DNA of 64,000 bases from Octopus sinensis (taxonomy: Eukaryota). Positions within the stretch are counted from its first letter, which is position 1; each line of letters opens with the position of its first letter. The notes under the pieces were generated by a model. It saw only the letters and a list, made by a program, of their open reading frames with translations. It did no database searches and was not told the origin of the DNA. Below, in pieces: positions 13,105 to 26,190 of the stretch. Position numbers and translations under genes: made by a program. The stretch spans positions 132,866,001 to 132,930,000 of the forward strand of contig NC_043000.1 of NCBI RefSeq assembly GCF_006345805.1, in the 5' to 3' direction.

Positions 13105-14269
13105 GTAAGTTATTTCACTCTACATCTGCAGCTGCAACAACACCGATCAACGGAGGAAAAAGAAGGTGCAAAATAAAAATCGTAATGATTTACGCTTATG
13201 AAGCATATCTTTGCCGAGTTAATCAATACAACGACATACACACACACACACAAGCACATAGCAGTAGAAATTCTTTCGGTAGGTAGGAAAGGAAAGAAGA
13301 AGAGGGGGAAGATGAGGGTTAACGGAGCTCCGACAGTGCATTGTTATTTAGCAGTGGAAGTTAATTAATTAATTAATTAATAACCCTCCCCCCAAGGCAT
13401 TCAGCATCTAGGTAAGGTAAGGTAAGGTAAAAAAAAAAAAAAAAATTTCAAGGTCTCATTAAAGGTTTATAAGTTTAGTAGGTTTGTGGGGTTTTTTTTT
13501 TTTTTTTTTTTTGATGTTTCCTTACTTGAATAACAGGCTCATCTAGGAAGAAAACACGGTGTGAGGGTAGCTTTGTGTTCTTTTATCTCGGCGGTACACC
13601 ATTTCAGCCACGAGAGATCTGCTGTGCAGCGGTTTTTCTTCTGCTGTGAAGCTTCATTAGTGAACGGTACAAGCCTTTTAGTCAGGTTTTGTGTTTGTAT
13701 TTGTGTATGGATGTTTGTATGTATATATATGTGTGTATGTGTGTGTGAGTGTGTGTTTGTTTATATGTGTGAAGTGCGAGGTGTGTATTTGTTTGAATGA
13801 GGCCTGTGTCTATGTGCATGTTTGTGTTTGTGTATCAGCGTGTGAGTATATGTGTGAGTACGTATGTGCGTGTGTCTGTTCGCACGCGCACGTTTGTATA
13901 TATGTATATAAGGTGTATGTTTTGTGTGTGAGAGATGAGCGTGTTTGTGTGTGTCTATTTGTGTATGTGCGTGTTAATGTTTAAAGAGAGGGAGAGAGAG
14001 GAGGGAAGAAAATAACAATAGGAAAAGAGAAAGCGAAACGGACAATGATGTATAAGGATAGATAGAGAGAGAGAGTGAGAGGGAAGGATGAGAGAGGGGG
14101 AGCTGTGAGAGGAAGGCAAGAAGGAATAAGAAAGAAAGTAATAGTGATAGAGAGAAATAGAAAATTGTAGACGGAAATAAAGGGAATCTAGTAACCCTGG
14201 AAGAGATAGATAGATTTAACAGTTAAGCAAACAGAAACACATATACAGAGATTGAAGAGCTAGAAAGAC

Positions 14270-14291
14270 AAACTGATATATATATATATAT

Positions 14292-14388
<97 letters not shown>

Positions 14389-14663
14389 GAGAGAGAGAGA
14401 AAGAAAGTTGGAGAGATTAGACAGACAGACAGATAGATAGGCAGAAGGACGGACATGCACACAGATCAATATATGAACAAATAAGTCGACAGATAGATAA
14501 ATCTACAAACACACACATACACACATATATACACGCACACGCAAAGACACATAGAATAGACAGACAGACAGACAGACAGACAGATAGATAGATAGATAAA
14601 TAGATAGATAGATATATAGATAGATAGATAGATAGATAGGTAGGTAGGTAGGTAGATAAATAG

Positions 14664-14694
<31 letters not shown>

Positions 14695-14766
14695 TAGACA
14701 GACACACACACAGACAGACAGATAGACAGATAAATAGATAGATAGATAGATAGATAGATAGGTAGG

Positions 14767-14821
<55 letters not shown>

Positions 14822-14830
14822 GTAGGTAGG

Positions 14831-14872
<42 letters not shown>

Positions 14873-14890
14873 GATAGAAAGATAAATTAG
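14270..14890. repeat. Compound microsatellite (AT)n, (GA)n, (GACA)n, (GATA)n, (GGTA)n
   Basis: Directly visible. Confidence 0.95.
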
Positions 14891-15836
14891 ATACATAGAA
14901 TGGACACATTAAGCAAATAGACTAGATGGATAAATAGCAAGAAAAAAAGGACAAAGAGATGGTGATACAAAGAAAGAGGTACAAGAAAATGAGATTGGCA
15001 TTGAAATTGTGGTACAGTTTAAGTGCTCAGGAACTTCGTGGCATCAATTCTTTGAGTGCACTTTAAATCATCATTTCAGGAAAAAAAAAAAAGTGATTGG
15101 CAACAAAAGTTCCGATGATGCAGGTATTATTACCTGTCTGATATCACTAAATATAACAGGTAAAAATATATCATGTATCTTATAAAGGAGATATAAGGTT
15201 AGGTTTGTTCCACAAAAAGGGTGATAGATAGCTGAGATGATATAGTTGACAATTGCTACATTACTGGAATTGAATAGATTCTGTTATCATTTATTTGTAA
15301 ATAACGGAAAATATGATTATATAGCAAATGTCTGCAGACCTTGGCCATATGTTCATATAAGCAGGCTGTACTTATTTAGATTAGTACTTTTAGCTAGGTC
15401 ATACATATATAAATGTGTGTGTGTGTGTGTGTGTGTGGGCGGGTACTGGTATGGCTGAGGGGTTAAGAAGTTTGCTTAACAACCACTTGGTTTCAGGTTC
15501 AGTTCCACTGTGCAGTGCCCTGGGGGGCATCTTCTGCTATAACCCTGGGCCAACCAATGCCTTGTGAATAGATCTGGTTGATGGAAACTGTACACACACA
15601 CACACACAACAACAACAACAACCGATCTTGGTGTGTTTACATCCCTGTAACTTAGTATCGCATTAAAAAGAGATTTATAGAAAAAATATCACCACCACCG
15701 CCACTGTCATCATCATCTGGGTTTGAATAAATAAGCATGGGGTCAGTTCAGGGAACTAAACTCTGCTTCAAGACAGTGTACTAATATAGCCACAGACAAA
15801 TTCTTGAAAAGAAAAGGAGAAAAGTATACATATATA

Positions 15837-16235
15837 GGCGCAGGAGTGGCTGTGTGGTAAGTAGCTTGCTAACCAACCACATGGTTCCGGGTTCAGTCCC
15901 ACTGCATGGCATCTTGGGCAAGTGTCTTCTGCTATAGCCCCGGGCCGACCAATGCCTTGTGAGTGGATTTGGTAGACGGAAACTGAAAGAAGCCTGTCGT
16001 ATATATGTATATATATATATGTATGTGTGTGTGTGTTTGTGTGTCTGTGTTTGTCCCCCTAGCATTGCTTGACAACCGATGCTGGTGTGTTTACGTCCCC
16101 GTCACTTAGCGGTTCGGAAAAAGAGACCGATAGAATAAGTACTGGGCTTACAAAGAATAAGTCCCAGGGTCGATTTGCTCGACTAAAGGCGGTGCTCCAG
16201 CATGGCCGCAGTCAAAAGACTGAAACAAGTAAAAA
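15837..16235 (+). mobile_element. SINE family B (GGAGTGGCTGTGTGGTAAG head, internal microsatellite)
   Basis: tRNA-like head with GGTTCAGTCCC B box. Tail ..GACTGAAACAAGTAAAA. Confidence 0.85.
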
Positions 16236-17099
16236 AAAAAAAAAAAAATACACAATGTGTGTATACGTGTACATGCGAAAAATAGATAGATAGGTAGAGA
16301 GATAGACACAAAGTGAGAGAGAGAGAAAGAGATTTGGCTTTGTGGTTAATAAGTTCTCTTGCCAATTATGTGATTTCAGCTCTAGCCCCTTAATTTAGTC
16401 ACAGACATAGAAACTAAAAGGTCATTGTATGTGTGTGTGTGTGTCTTGTCTTTAGATTGCAAACTGGTTGTAAACAAATATTACCATCATACAAACGGTG
16501 TTATTAATTTGCAATCTTCCATGAAACAAATAACCAGCCTTTGCATTAGTAGTGTTTGAAGGACAAAGGGAAATATTAGCTTACTCGGAAACAGATGAGG
16601 GTTAATGACAGAAAGAGCATCCAACTGTGGAAAATCTGCCTTAACAAATTTCATCTGACCCATGCAAACTGAGAAAAGTTCATGTTAAAACATGACAGCC
16701 AATGATTATGACAAGACTCTGGTGCAAGATTTAAACTTGGTGAGTGCCTCAGCTACATAAAACATGGACATCTCTTGTTGAAGAATTGGACTAAAAAATC
16801 TCAAAAAAATTGAAAATATATTTGTTTTTTAATTATCTTTCAGTTCTTTCCAGGCAGATGCAGACCATGAGACCTTAAGCTATAGCACCTAAATCTGACA
16901 TTGGTGAATCCATTCCAGTGTATATAGTACCACCAAAAATAAAAAGGAGAATGGTTTGCCTGATGAGCATAGTGGTGTAAAATTTGTGTTGTAGCAAAAA
17001 GAATATAGTTGAAATAAACATTATACTCTATATCATGTGCTGAGTACAGTCTTCTTTCACTGACAAATTGTAACATCTTAATTCATGTATATGCATACA

Positions 17100-17879
17100 T
17101 CTCTATGTCTATAAACGGCAAAACATCTGCGTATCTGTGTGTCCTTTATACAAATCCACAGTTTTTCACGTAAAAGGCTCACATTTTGTAAGGGCTTTCA
17201 AAACTATCTGAGGGTAGTCATGAAGATCTTTTCATATCCCCAGTCACCCCAGAAAGCCATTAAAAAATCTATAAACCGACCCCTTATGCTTCAATGCATC
17301 ATACTCATAAAATCACTTTGAATGCTGTTTTTTGTGCTCTAATTGCTCTGCCTTTTCACTGGAATCAGCACTTTTCTTCCCACCATTGCTATTCACTCAT
17401 AGGACGAGCGGGTTAAGTGAGAGGGGTTGGTGTCAAAAGGGCTGGCATGTGCAACTTGATCACCTCTGCAAGTCAAACTCCCAACCCATGCATTCCCGCC
17501 ATGACACTGCACAGAACTGGGTTGGGTGTAAAACCAAAACTCAACAAACAAGATATAGGTGTATTTTCAAAATCATGCTATTTTGCGGCCAAATTCGAGT
17601 TTTTTGTTTTCTTCTGCCTCCTTTTTTGTCCGACTAATGCCATGTGCACAGTCCCACTAATTTTCCATGATTATGCCGTTCCAGGTGTGAAAACCGAAGT
17701 CCAATGAATATTAATTACTCCCATAAAAAGCTCCAACTAGCTCATAAACAACAAAACTGGCCCGGGCTGAAATGCAATAAGAAACTTAGCTCTTGATTTA
17801 GTGAGAAACTTTTACTGTGACCCGGCAACGAACAACAAGCACTAGCACTAGACTTGGCAACGCCGGGTCACAGTGCTAG
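17100..17879 (+). mobile_element. Second non-autonomous Helitron family
   Basis: A|TCTCTATGTCTATAAA start. 13-bp inverted repeat ACTGTGACCCGGC/GCCGGGTCACAGT (17814-17826, 17862-17874) just before CTAG|T. CpG-rich interior. Confidence 0.65.
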
Positions 17880-18651
17880 TACATAATACAAATTTGTAAA
17901 ACATTTCAGGGATTCTTCATTTAAGGTTCCTGAGTGAATGTATGCACACAATCATATATATATCTACAGAATACATATGCATATACACACACAAACAGTA
18001 ATGAAACACACCCATGAGTGCAGGTTTATTTGCCTGTACACACATATGCACAACACACACACATCAAACAAACTGTTCAGATAACCACTGACCCCAAGAG
18101 CTGTCTTGACTTACCCTTTAGAAGTTAAATCAGCTACATCTGGCCTAATATTCTATTTGTTTTATGTTCACACTAGCCTGACTCCAGCCTCTCACACCTA
18201 TCTTACAATGTCATTTTAAAAATGAACAATCACATCATTGAAATCTCATAGCTACAAGGTAATACATGATTAATTAATTAATTAAAAAAAAAACGTGGAT
18301 AAATAAGAATTATATTACAAAATAATCTGAATGCCAAAGACCTTGCTACTTTGTTGGTGGTCAACTTTTAGTTTGCAAAGAAAAAAACTTAAACCCCAAA
18401 GAAATATGGATACACACAAAGCACCCACTACACTCACGGAGTGGTTGGCGTTAGGAAGGGCATCCAGCTGTAGAAACATTGCCAGATAAGACTGGAGCCT
18501 GGTGCAGCCTTCTGGCTTCCCAGATCCCCGGTCGAACCGTCCAACCCATGCTAGCATGGAGAACGGACGTTAAACGACGATGATGATGATGATGATTACA
18601 CCACCAGATAAGGGGTGCAGGGAATCACTTAGAGTGAAAGACATGCAGTTA

Positions 18652-20046
18652 AACACACACACAAACGACAGAAGTAAATAGACGCCCTTATAATCATTAA
18701 AATTTCTTTAAATCTGAAATTATACGATCAAATTATTTATTAATTGTTATAATTTAAATATTTAATATTTAGTAGACATGCATTTTGCAATGCAAGGACC
18801 TATTAGGCATGTTACTGATTAGAAGTCAAATATTTTCTTGTGGAATTTCTTGCCAAGTTTCATGATGCTTTCTTGATATCTTTATGAAGTGTCCTGTCCA
18901 TTATGTCCCAGAGGTGTTCAACAGGGTTCATATCTGATGATTGGCTTGGCTATGGAAGCTTTTTAATGCCATTCTCATCCAACAAACCTAGGGTCATTTT
19001 AGCTGTAAAAAGCACCCACTACACTCACGGAGTGGTTGGCGTTAGGAAGGGCATCCAGCCGTAGAAACACTGCCAGATTTGACTGGGCCTGATGAAGCCT
19101 TCTGGCTTCACAGACCCCAGTAGAACCGTCCAACCCATGCTAGCATGGAAAACGGACGCTAAACGATGATGATGATGATGATGATGATGACAAGGAGCCC
19201 CATCTTCCATAAATAACGAGTCTTCTTTAATCATTTTACCACTGGAGAAGATTGGAAAGAGTCCGTTCTGCCATATAGACACATATTTATCTGAGTTTAT
19301 GTCTCCCTCACACTCCACCAACTTTGATCAACCATTGCTCCAAATTGCTCCCCAGACCATCACAGAATAGCTGCCATGTTTCATTGTTGGCTGCAATCTT
19401 TTCACATCAAATTCTTGTTACAGAGTCTCCAGACCCACACTCAACCACTGTCAGGAAATACAGCAAATCTGGACTTGTTAGAGAATATAACAATGTCCCA
19501 AAATGCTAGTGGCCTCACTACCATCTTACTGGCTCAATCTTTTCTTTGCTTGATGTTGGCTAGTTGAAGAAGTGGCTTCCTTCTCGCTACTCTGCTATAG
19601 TAACCAAGTTTGTGGAGATACCTGACAGCTGTTCTAGGACTGACATCAACTTGTTCTGCTATGTCAGAGGCCTTGCAACGAGGATTATCCTCTACAGTTC
19701 TCTTAACAAAGAGAAGGGTCCTGGTTGATATGGTCAAGGTGATGTGGACTCCTTCCCCTCTTTGGTGAATTGTACAATTACTCTAGTAACTGTAGAAAAT
19801 GGGATCCCAAGGTTTTCTGCAACTTTATGTTGACCATGTCCACCTTCAGAATGACCCACAATACGGCCTCTTCGAAATTCAAACAGTTCCAAGGCTTCTT
19901 TTGTACATGGCATGATTAAACAGTCGCATATAGAACCTGAAACATAAAAATGTCAACTAACAAGAGATATAAACCTTTACAAGTTAGAATAAACATAAAA
20001 CAATGTTTTATGAGGTGTCTATTTAATTCTGTCATGTCTGTGTGTA
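18652..20046 (-). mobile_element. Degenerate Tc1-type (DD34E) DNA transposon with TIRs
   Basis: Minus-strand translation: [27 protein letters not shown] (HTH), VARRKPLL, IFSNKSRF (decayed first D), MEDGAPCH[SINE]TAKMT..SSDMNPVEHLW, with 34 residues between D and E. Imperfect TIRs at about 18655-18688 and 20014-20046. Stops and frameshifts present. Confidence 0.85.
19007..19186 (+). mobile_element. RTE-tail SINE-like copy inserted in the Tc1 catalytic region
   Basis: AAAAAGCACCCACTACACTC...CCAACCCATGCTAGCATGGAAAACGGACG-(GAT)n splits the codons for GAPCH|TAKMT. Confidence 0.85.
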
Positions 20047-20140
20047 TATGTGAGTGTGCGTGTGTGTGTATTAGGCAAGAAAAGATAACAAAGCCAAGGC
20101 TGTGAGGAGTCTTCAGGAAATTTATAAGGAAAGAGATATA

Positions 20141-20188
20141 GTCTTACAGCTGTTTCTGGGATATTATGGATATCCCTTCATCAGAGAC
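20141..20188 (-). ncRNA. Type I minimal hammerhead ribozyme motif (core intact) in Penelope-type repeat
   Basis: GTCT-CTGATGA-A-GGGATAT(ccata)ATATCCC-A-GAAA-CAGCT-GTA-AGAC. Stem I GTCT/AGAC, 7-bp stem II, palindromic stem III ACAGCTGT, GUA cleavage triplet. Confidence 0.65.
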
Positions 20189-20869
20189 GATGTGAGAGAG
20201 GTAAATGTTTGAGTTCAAAATAAGGAAATTATTATAGAAAAGGGGGAGATGGGGAAACAGAGGGAAATAGGAGAATGAAAGTAGAAAAAACATATAAAAT
20301 ATTGTAGTTGCAGTTCCATTATTCGAGTAAAGTGCTCCCTTCTCCCCACACCCTTTGTTCCCCACCATCCTCTCTCTTGTCCCCCTTCCTCTCTGCCTGT
20401 TGGTCACACGTGACTACAGGCCAGTTTTCTCTTGCCTCTGTCTTTTCTGGACCAGATGTCCATCTAGCTGGACGTCATTTCTCTTGCCTCCAAACATTTT
20501 TTCTCTTCTACTATTTTCTTCTCTTCTATTTATCCCAGGCATTACCCACTACAATTTGTCTTAGCCTAATGGCCCTTAATGTTTGTCCTTATTTGATTGT
20601 TTACTCTGTACATCCACTCTGTTGTTGTTTGTTAATTCAAAGCCCTAACTCTCCACAAATTTTATATATTTAAAATTTCTGGATGCTGCTGTCTTATGAA
20701 GTTTTCCTATCTTGCCATTGAAAGCTCAAAATAGGAAGTAATAAACAGTTCACAACTGAGGAGGAGTTAGACTTCTTTTGGTATTTTGTTCTGTACTTGT
20801 CTCCTGTTATGTGTTTACATATTTTTCACTTGTTCGTAATGCCCTGTACTTTATGTGTATTTTTTATCT

Positions 20870-20909
<40 letters not shown>

Positions 20910-21180
20910 TGCTGTGTTCGAGGAGACCTATTGAGTCAAGTACATCAACATCAAAATAAAAATCAAATGGAAATTGTAGTTGTGATACCTGTGCCGGTGG
21001 CACATAAAAAGTACCCACTACACTCATGGAGTGGTTAGCATTAGGAAGGGCATCCAGCTGTAGAAACACTGCCAGATCAGACTGGAGCCTTGTGCAGCCT
21101 CCTGGCTTCCCAGACCCTGGTTGAACCGTCCAACCCATGCTAGCATGGAAAACGGATGTTAAACGATGATGATGATGATG

Positions 21181-21225
<45 letters not shown>

Positions 21226-21308
21226 GAAGGTCTAAATGACTTACTTTAGAATTGAAAGCTATTGGATGTATCTGCATAGTGCCAAAAATCTTGCCTCCTT
21301 ATCTAGAG

Positions 21309-22493
21309 CAGTGGTTCTCAACTGGGGTCCACACGACCCTTGAGGTAGGGGGAAAGGGATATATAAGATTTAGTTGTCAAAAATTATGAGCAATATCCGA
21401 ACGTGGCCGTTGCCAGCGCCGCCTCGACTGGCTTCTGTGCCGGTGGCACATAAAAAGCACCATCCGAATGTGGCCGATGCCAGCGCCGCCTCGACTGGCT
21501 TCTGTGCCGGTGGCACATAAAAAGCACCATCCGAATGTGGCCGATGCCAGCGCCGCCTCGTCTGGCTTCTGTGCCGGTGGCACATAAAAAGCACCATCCG
21601 AACGGGGCCGATGCCAGCGCCACCTTGGCTGGTTCCGTGCAGGTGGCACGTGAAAAGCACCAACCGATCGTGGCCGATGCCGGACTCTCCTAGCACCTGT
21701 GCAGATGGCACGTAAAAAGCACCCACTACACTCGCCGAGTGGTTGGCATTAGGAAGGGCATCCAGCTGTAGAAACACTGCCAGATCAGACTGGAGCCTGA
21801 TGCAGCCCCTGGCTTCCCAGACCCCGGTTGAACCGTCCAACCCGTGCTAGCGCGGAAAACGGACGTTAAACGATGATGATGATGATGATGAGTTGGTTAT
21901 AGTTCCATACTTCACAAAGCATTGTAAAAGCTTCAATTGCTAACTCTGGAGGATATCTGTAGAAGACATGGGTTGAGGTGGTGAAATATTATCTTTGGAT
22001 GTTGAGTCTCACAGAGGTGATAACAAGTGACCAAGATTTTTTGAGGTTTGCTGTGCTTGAGAAGATACGTCAAGTTAAGTGAAATTGTAGTTATGGCCAA
22101 TGCCAGTGACACACATGAGGCACCCGTGCCAGCGACATAAAGAGCACCTGTGCCAGTAACACATAAAGAGCATCTGTGCTGGTATAACACATAAAAAGCA
22201 CCCATGCCGGTAACACATGAAAGACATCCAGTACACCCTATGGAGTGGTAAGGATTAGGAAGGGCATCCAGTCATAGTAAAAATCCAGCCAAAACAGATG
22301 AGTGGAGCCTGGTGCAGCTCTACGGCTTACCGATGCCAACATGGAAAATGGATGTTAAATGATGATGATGATGATGATGACAATGATGAAAAATATAACA
22401 GGATTTTTTTAAGCATCAAATGGTTACTGGCGTCCAGTGAGGTAAAACAGGAATCAAACAGGTCCACAGGCAAAAAATGGTTGAGAACCAATG
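21309..22493. mobile_element. hAT (Charlie-like) MITE carrying nested retro-insertions
   Basis: Ends CAGTGGTTCTCAAC / GTTGAGAACCAATG. 8-bp TSD atctagag (21301-21308) / atccagag (22494-22501), matching the NTCTAGAN preference. Confidence 0.75.
21395..21660 (+). repeat. GC-rich 67-bp tandem minisatellite in a family D head
   Basis: Units start at 21395, 21462, 21529 and 21596. The first three are near-identical with intact CpGs. Confidence 0.9.
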
Positions 22494-23524
22494 ATCCAGA
22501 GTAAGGACCCAATACTAAAACAACCTGGGGTTTGAGGGTCCACAGCTTTTTAATACTTTGCTAAAAAAAACCTCAGATCTATGAGGCATAGATGTGGATG
22601 TGTTCAAAAAAACACTTAGACAAATGTTCATCTGAAATACTCGATGGTCCTACATTTTAACAAAAGATGCAAATAAAAGTGGTATTGTCCAACTCATTGA
22701 TTCACTAGAAAGAAACTTGGAAGGAGGGCCATAAAAGTGAAATGCAATAAACTAGCAATCACACCAATGGTGGTATCTCAGCATGCTCCACAACCTCTGG
22801 CCGAAACAAGTAAAAGCAGAAAGTAAAGTAAGTATTTATACAGGGTGTCCCAAAAGTAAGTAATGGATTTCAATTTTTAATAACTTGCTTAACTTAACAA
22901 ATAAATGCATGAAATTTTGATACAATATAAAGGATGTAATGGAAATTAATATGCACAAGTAAAATGTTGCAACACCACTACATCACATATGAAAAATGAC
23001 ATTGCTTACAGTTACATTACAGGTTAGCTATGGTCCTCAGACTTATGAGTATCATTTTTTTTAATGTTACTTTTAACTTCAATGCCATTTGTTTTTGTCT
23101 ATATGTGAGTGTATACTTATTAGTATTACATTTTCATGAGAAAAGGAAGGGTGGCACCTATAACCTTTCCAAACTCTCATCCTGCTACAATGCGACAGAA
23201 CAATTCCCTTTATCTTCTTTACAGATAAAAATCATCATGTCATTTAACAATAACGCTGGCACCATATCCAGAAAAGGTTCCTCCCTTGTCTGTTTAATTT
23301 GGCTGCATTTGGAATAAAGACTGGCTTTTACTATGTGCTGTAGTTCCCAGAAGCATTTTAACAGTCATTATCACTCGAACGATCTTGCTGCTGTTGTTTA
23401 GCTTCAGGTCAGCACTGATCAAACAGATCTATAAACAAAGGCATTGCTACCTCAAGCATCTTTTTATTTTTTACTGGTTTCACTCATTGGAATATGGCCA
23501 TGCTGGAGATACTGCAATGAAAGG

Positions 23525-23900
23525 TTTACTCTTTTACTTGTTTCAGTCATTTGACTGCGGCCATGCTGGAGCACCGCCTTTAGTCGAAGAAATCAACACC
23601 AGGACTAATTCTTTGTAAGTCTAGTAGTTATTCTATCGGTCTCTTTTGCCGAACTGCTAAGTTACGGGGACATAAACACACCAGCATCAGTTGTCAAGCG
23701 ATGTTGGGGGACAAACACAGACACACAAACATATTCACACACATATACACGACGGGATTCTTTCAGTTTCCATCTACCAAATCCACTCACAAGGCTTTGG
23801 TCAGCCCAAAGCTATAGAAGAAGACACCTGCCCAAGGTGCCACGCAGTGGGACTGAACCCGGAACCATGTGGTTGGTAAGCAAGCTACTTACCTCACAAC
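23525..23900 (-). mobile_element. SINE family B
   Basis: Reverse complement of the 15837 copy. Confidence 0.8.
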
Positions 23901-24361
23901 CATTCCTTGTTTTTAAGCCCAGTACTTATTTTATTATTCTCTTCCTAAACCACTCAGTTACTGGGACATAAACAATCTAACAGTTGTCAAGCAGTGGTAG
24001 GGAACACACACAAACATACACACATGATGAGCTTTCACACAGTTTCCATCTACTAAATTCACTCACAATGCATTGGTTGACCCAGGGCTATAGCAGAAGG
24101 CACTTGCCCAAATCATTGTGCAGTGGAACTAAATCCAAAAACTACATGGTTACAAAGCAAGCTTCTTACCCACACAGCCATACCTGTGCCCATATGTTCT
24201 TTTATTCTTTTCTTTATAGATGGTATCCCATTATTAGAGGAAAATTTGGCTGCTGTTTCTTGAAGATTACATAGAGGTTTTCTCACTGGATCATCTTATG
24301 TGTGTGTGTGCAAGTGGATGTGTATGTGTGCACACCATACAATATTAAACATTAACATACT

Positions 24362-24557
24362 CTTACTCTTTTACTTGTTTCAGTCATTTGACTGTGGCCA
24401 TGCTGGAGCACCGCCTTTAGTCGAGCAAATCAGCCCCAGGACTTATTCTTTGTAAGCCAAGTACTTATTCTATCGGTCACTTTTGCCGAACTGCTAAGTA
24501 ACGGGGACGTAAACAAACCAGCATCGGTTGTCAAGCGATGTTGGGGGACAAACACAG

Positions 24558-24602
<45 letters not shown>

Positions 24603-24745
24603 TACAATAGGCCTCTTTCAGTTTCCATCTACCAAATCCACTCACAAGGCTTTGGTTGGCCTGAGGCTATAGTAGAAGACACTTGCCCAAGGTGCCATGC
24701 AGTGGGACTGAACCCGGAAGCACATGGTTCACAAGCAAGCTACTT
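24362..24745 (-). mobile_element. SINE family B
   Basis: Reverse complement of the 15837 copy. Confidence 0.8.
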
Positions 24746-25599
24746 ACCACACAGCCACTCCTATGCCTATACATCAACAAAAATTAAAGATGTGAAAATA
24801 AAATAAACCAACAAGAAGAACCAATCCACACATCGCTTTGTTTCCATGCTGTGATTTATATCACAGTGAGTTAGCATTTCTCATCCACCCAAATAAAAGC
24901 CTAACAACTAGAGTAAGTGACAAATAACTTGATACCATTCTCACTTGTCTTATCTAGAATTTGTCAGCAACCTATTTTATATGAAGAGTTTCATTTTCTA
25001 ATCCAAATAGCTCAGTAACCAAGATATGTGAGGTTTAATTCACTGTTATTGGGGGCTCATTGTTCTTTCATAATCTGAAATTGTTGTTTGTAAATGACTC
25101 ATATTCAAGATTGTTTATATTGAAATCATAATAATTCAGTCTATAATTTTGTTCTTTGTACATTCTATCAAAATTCAGAGAAAAACTGAAGATCACAGAG
25201 TATAAACAATTATTATCTTAATGCTAATCTTAATCAAGACATACAATCCCATAAAATAACACTGGACACTATTTTGTAGAAATTGACTCCTTTAACTGCG
25301 GAAATCAGATACATCCACTCAAAATTTCATTACCCTTAACTGCAGAAAGCAGCTTTATATACTAACCTATCTTTTGTGGTAAAATATCATGTTTGAAACT
25401 ATTTTTTTGTTGAAATATGTCAAGTTTATTGAAGCAATGGGACTTGCAGAAAATACCAATTCTATTTTTTGGTAGATATTTAACAGCATTATTGGAATAA
25501 CCATGAAATTTCATTGCGCAGTTAAATTAAAGGGTTAACCTAAAAAAATACAGAATGTGTACATATCAAAAAATAAAAATGATTTGCTATGCAATACAA

Positions 25600-25675
<76 letters not shown>

Positions 25676-25730
25676 ATCATTGGCGATTTTATTTCTCCGT
25701 CTTCCCTTCCTTGGATGTTTCTTTTTCTAT

Positions 25731-25765
25731 GTTTCCGACGAAGAGCTCCGCTCGAAATGTTAAAT
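25731..25765 (+). ncRNA. Minimal hammerhead-like motif with CCGACGA core variant
   Basis: GTTT-CCGACGA-A-GAGC(tcc)GCTC-GAAA-TGTT-AAAT. Confidence 0.4.
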
Positions 25766-25884
25766 CTTCCTTCTTTCTTTCCTTTCCAGAGTGTCCAAGA
25801 ACACTATACTTGTTCCACGTCCTCGCGTTGTTGTGTTTTCTCTTTGTGTTTTCATGTTTGGATTATATATATATATGTGTGTGT

Positions 25885-26190
25885 GGAAGGTGCCTGGCTC
25901 AGTGGTTAGAGCGTTGAACTTATGACCGTGAGGTTGTGAGTTCGAATCCTGGACTGGGCTGTGTGTTGTGTTCTTGAGCAAGACACTTTATTTCACGTTG
26001 CTCCAGTTCACTCAGCTGTAGAAATGAGTTGCAACGTCACTGGTGCCAAGCTGTATCGGCCTTTGCCTTTCCCTTGGATAACATCGGTTGCATGGAGAGA
26101 GGAGGCTGGTATGCATGGCGACTTCTGGTCTTCCATAAACAACCGTGTCTGGACTTGTACCTCGGAGGGTAACATTCATGACTGAAGGGG
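25885..26190 (+). mobile_element. tRNA-derived SINE (family E-related head, different tail)
   Basis: TGGCTCAGTGG A box and GTTCGAATCC B box. Shared TTCTTGAGCAAGACACTTTATTTCACGTTGCTCCAG core. Confidence 0.7.

Noticed and set aside
14223-14909. Long YLSI/IYIY ORFs up to 159 aa
   Set aside because: Pure (GATA)n/(AT)n microsatellite translations.
16844-16905. Strong acceptor in the candidate first intron
   Set aside because: All frames stop within about 50 nt; in phase 1 it would truncate the peptide.
21395-21660. CRISPR-like regular repeat
   Set aside because: Tandem identical units without unique spacers, in a eukaryotic retro-repeat.
21370-21840. 156-aa repetitive ORF
   Set aside because: Antisense reading of the 67-bp array within a family D repeat.
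22839-22870. TACAGGGTGTCCCAAAAG mariner-like TIR
   Set aside because: Only one end found, with no transposase remnant.
23225-23317. Strong acceptor followed by IKIIMSFNNNAG
   Set aside because: Phase-1 frame stops after 7 codons and there is no convincing donor.
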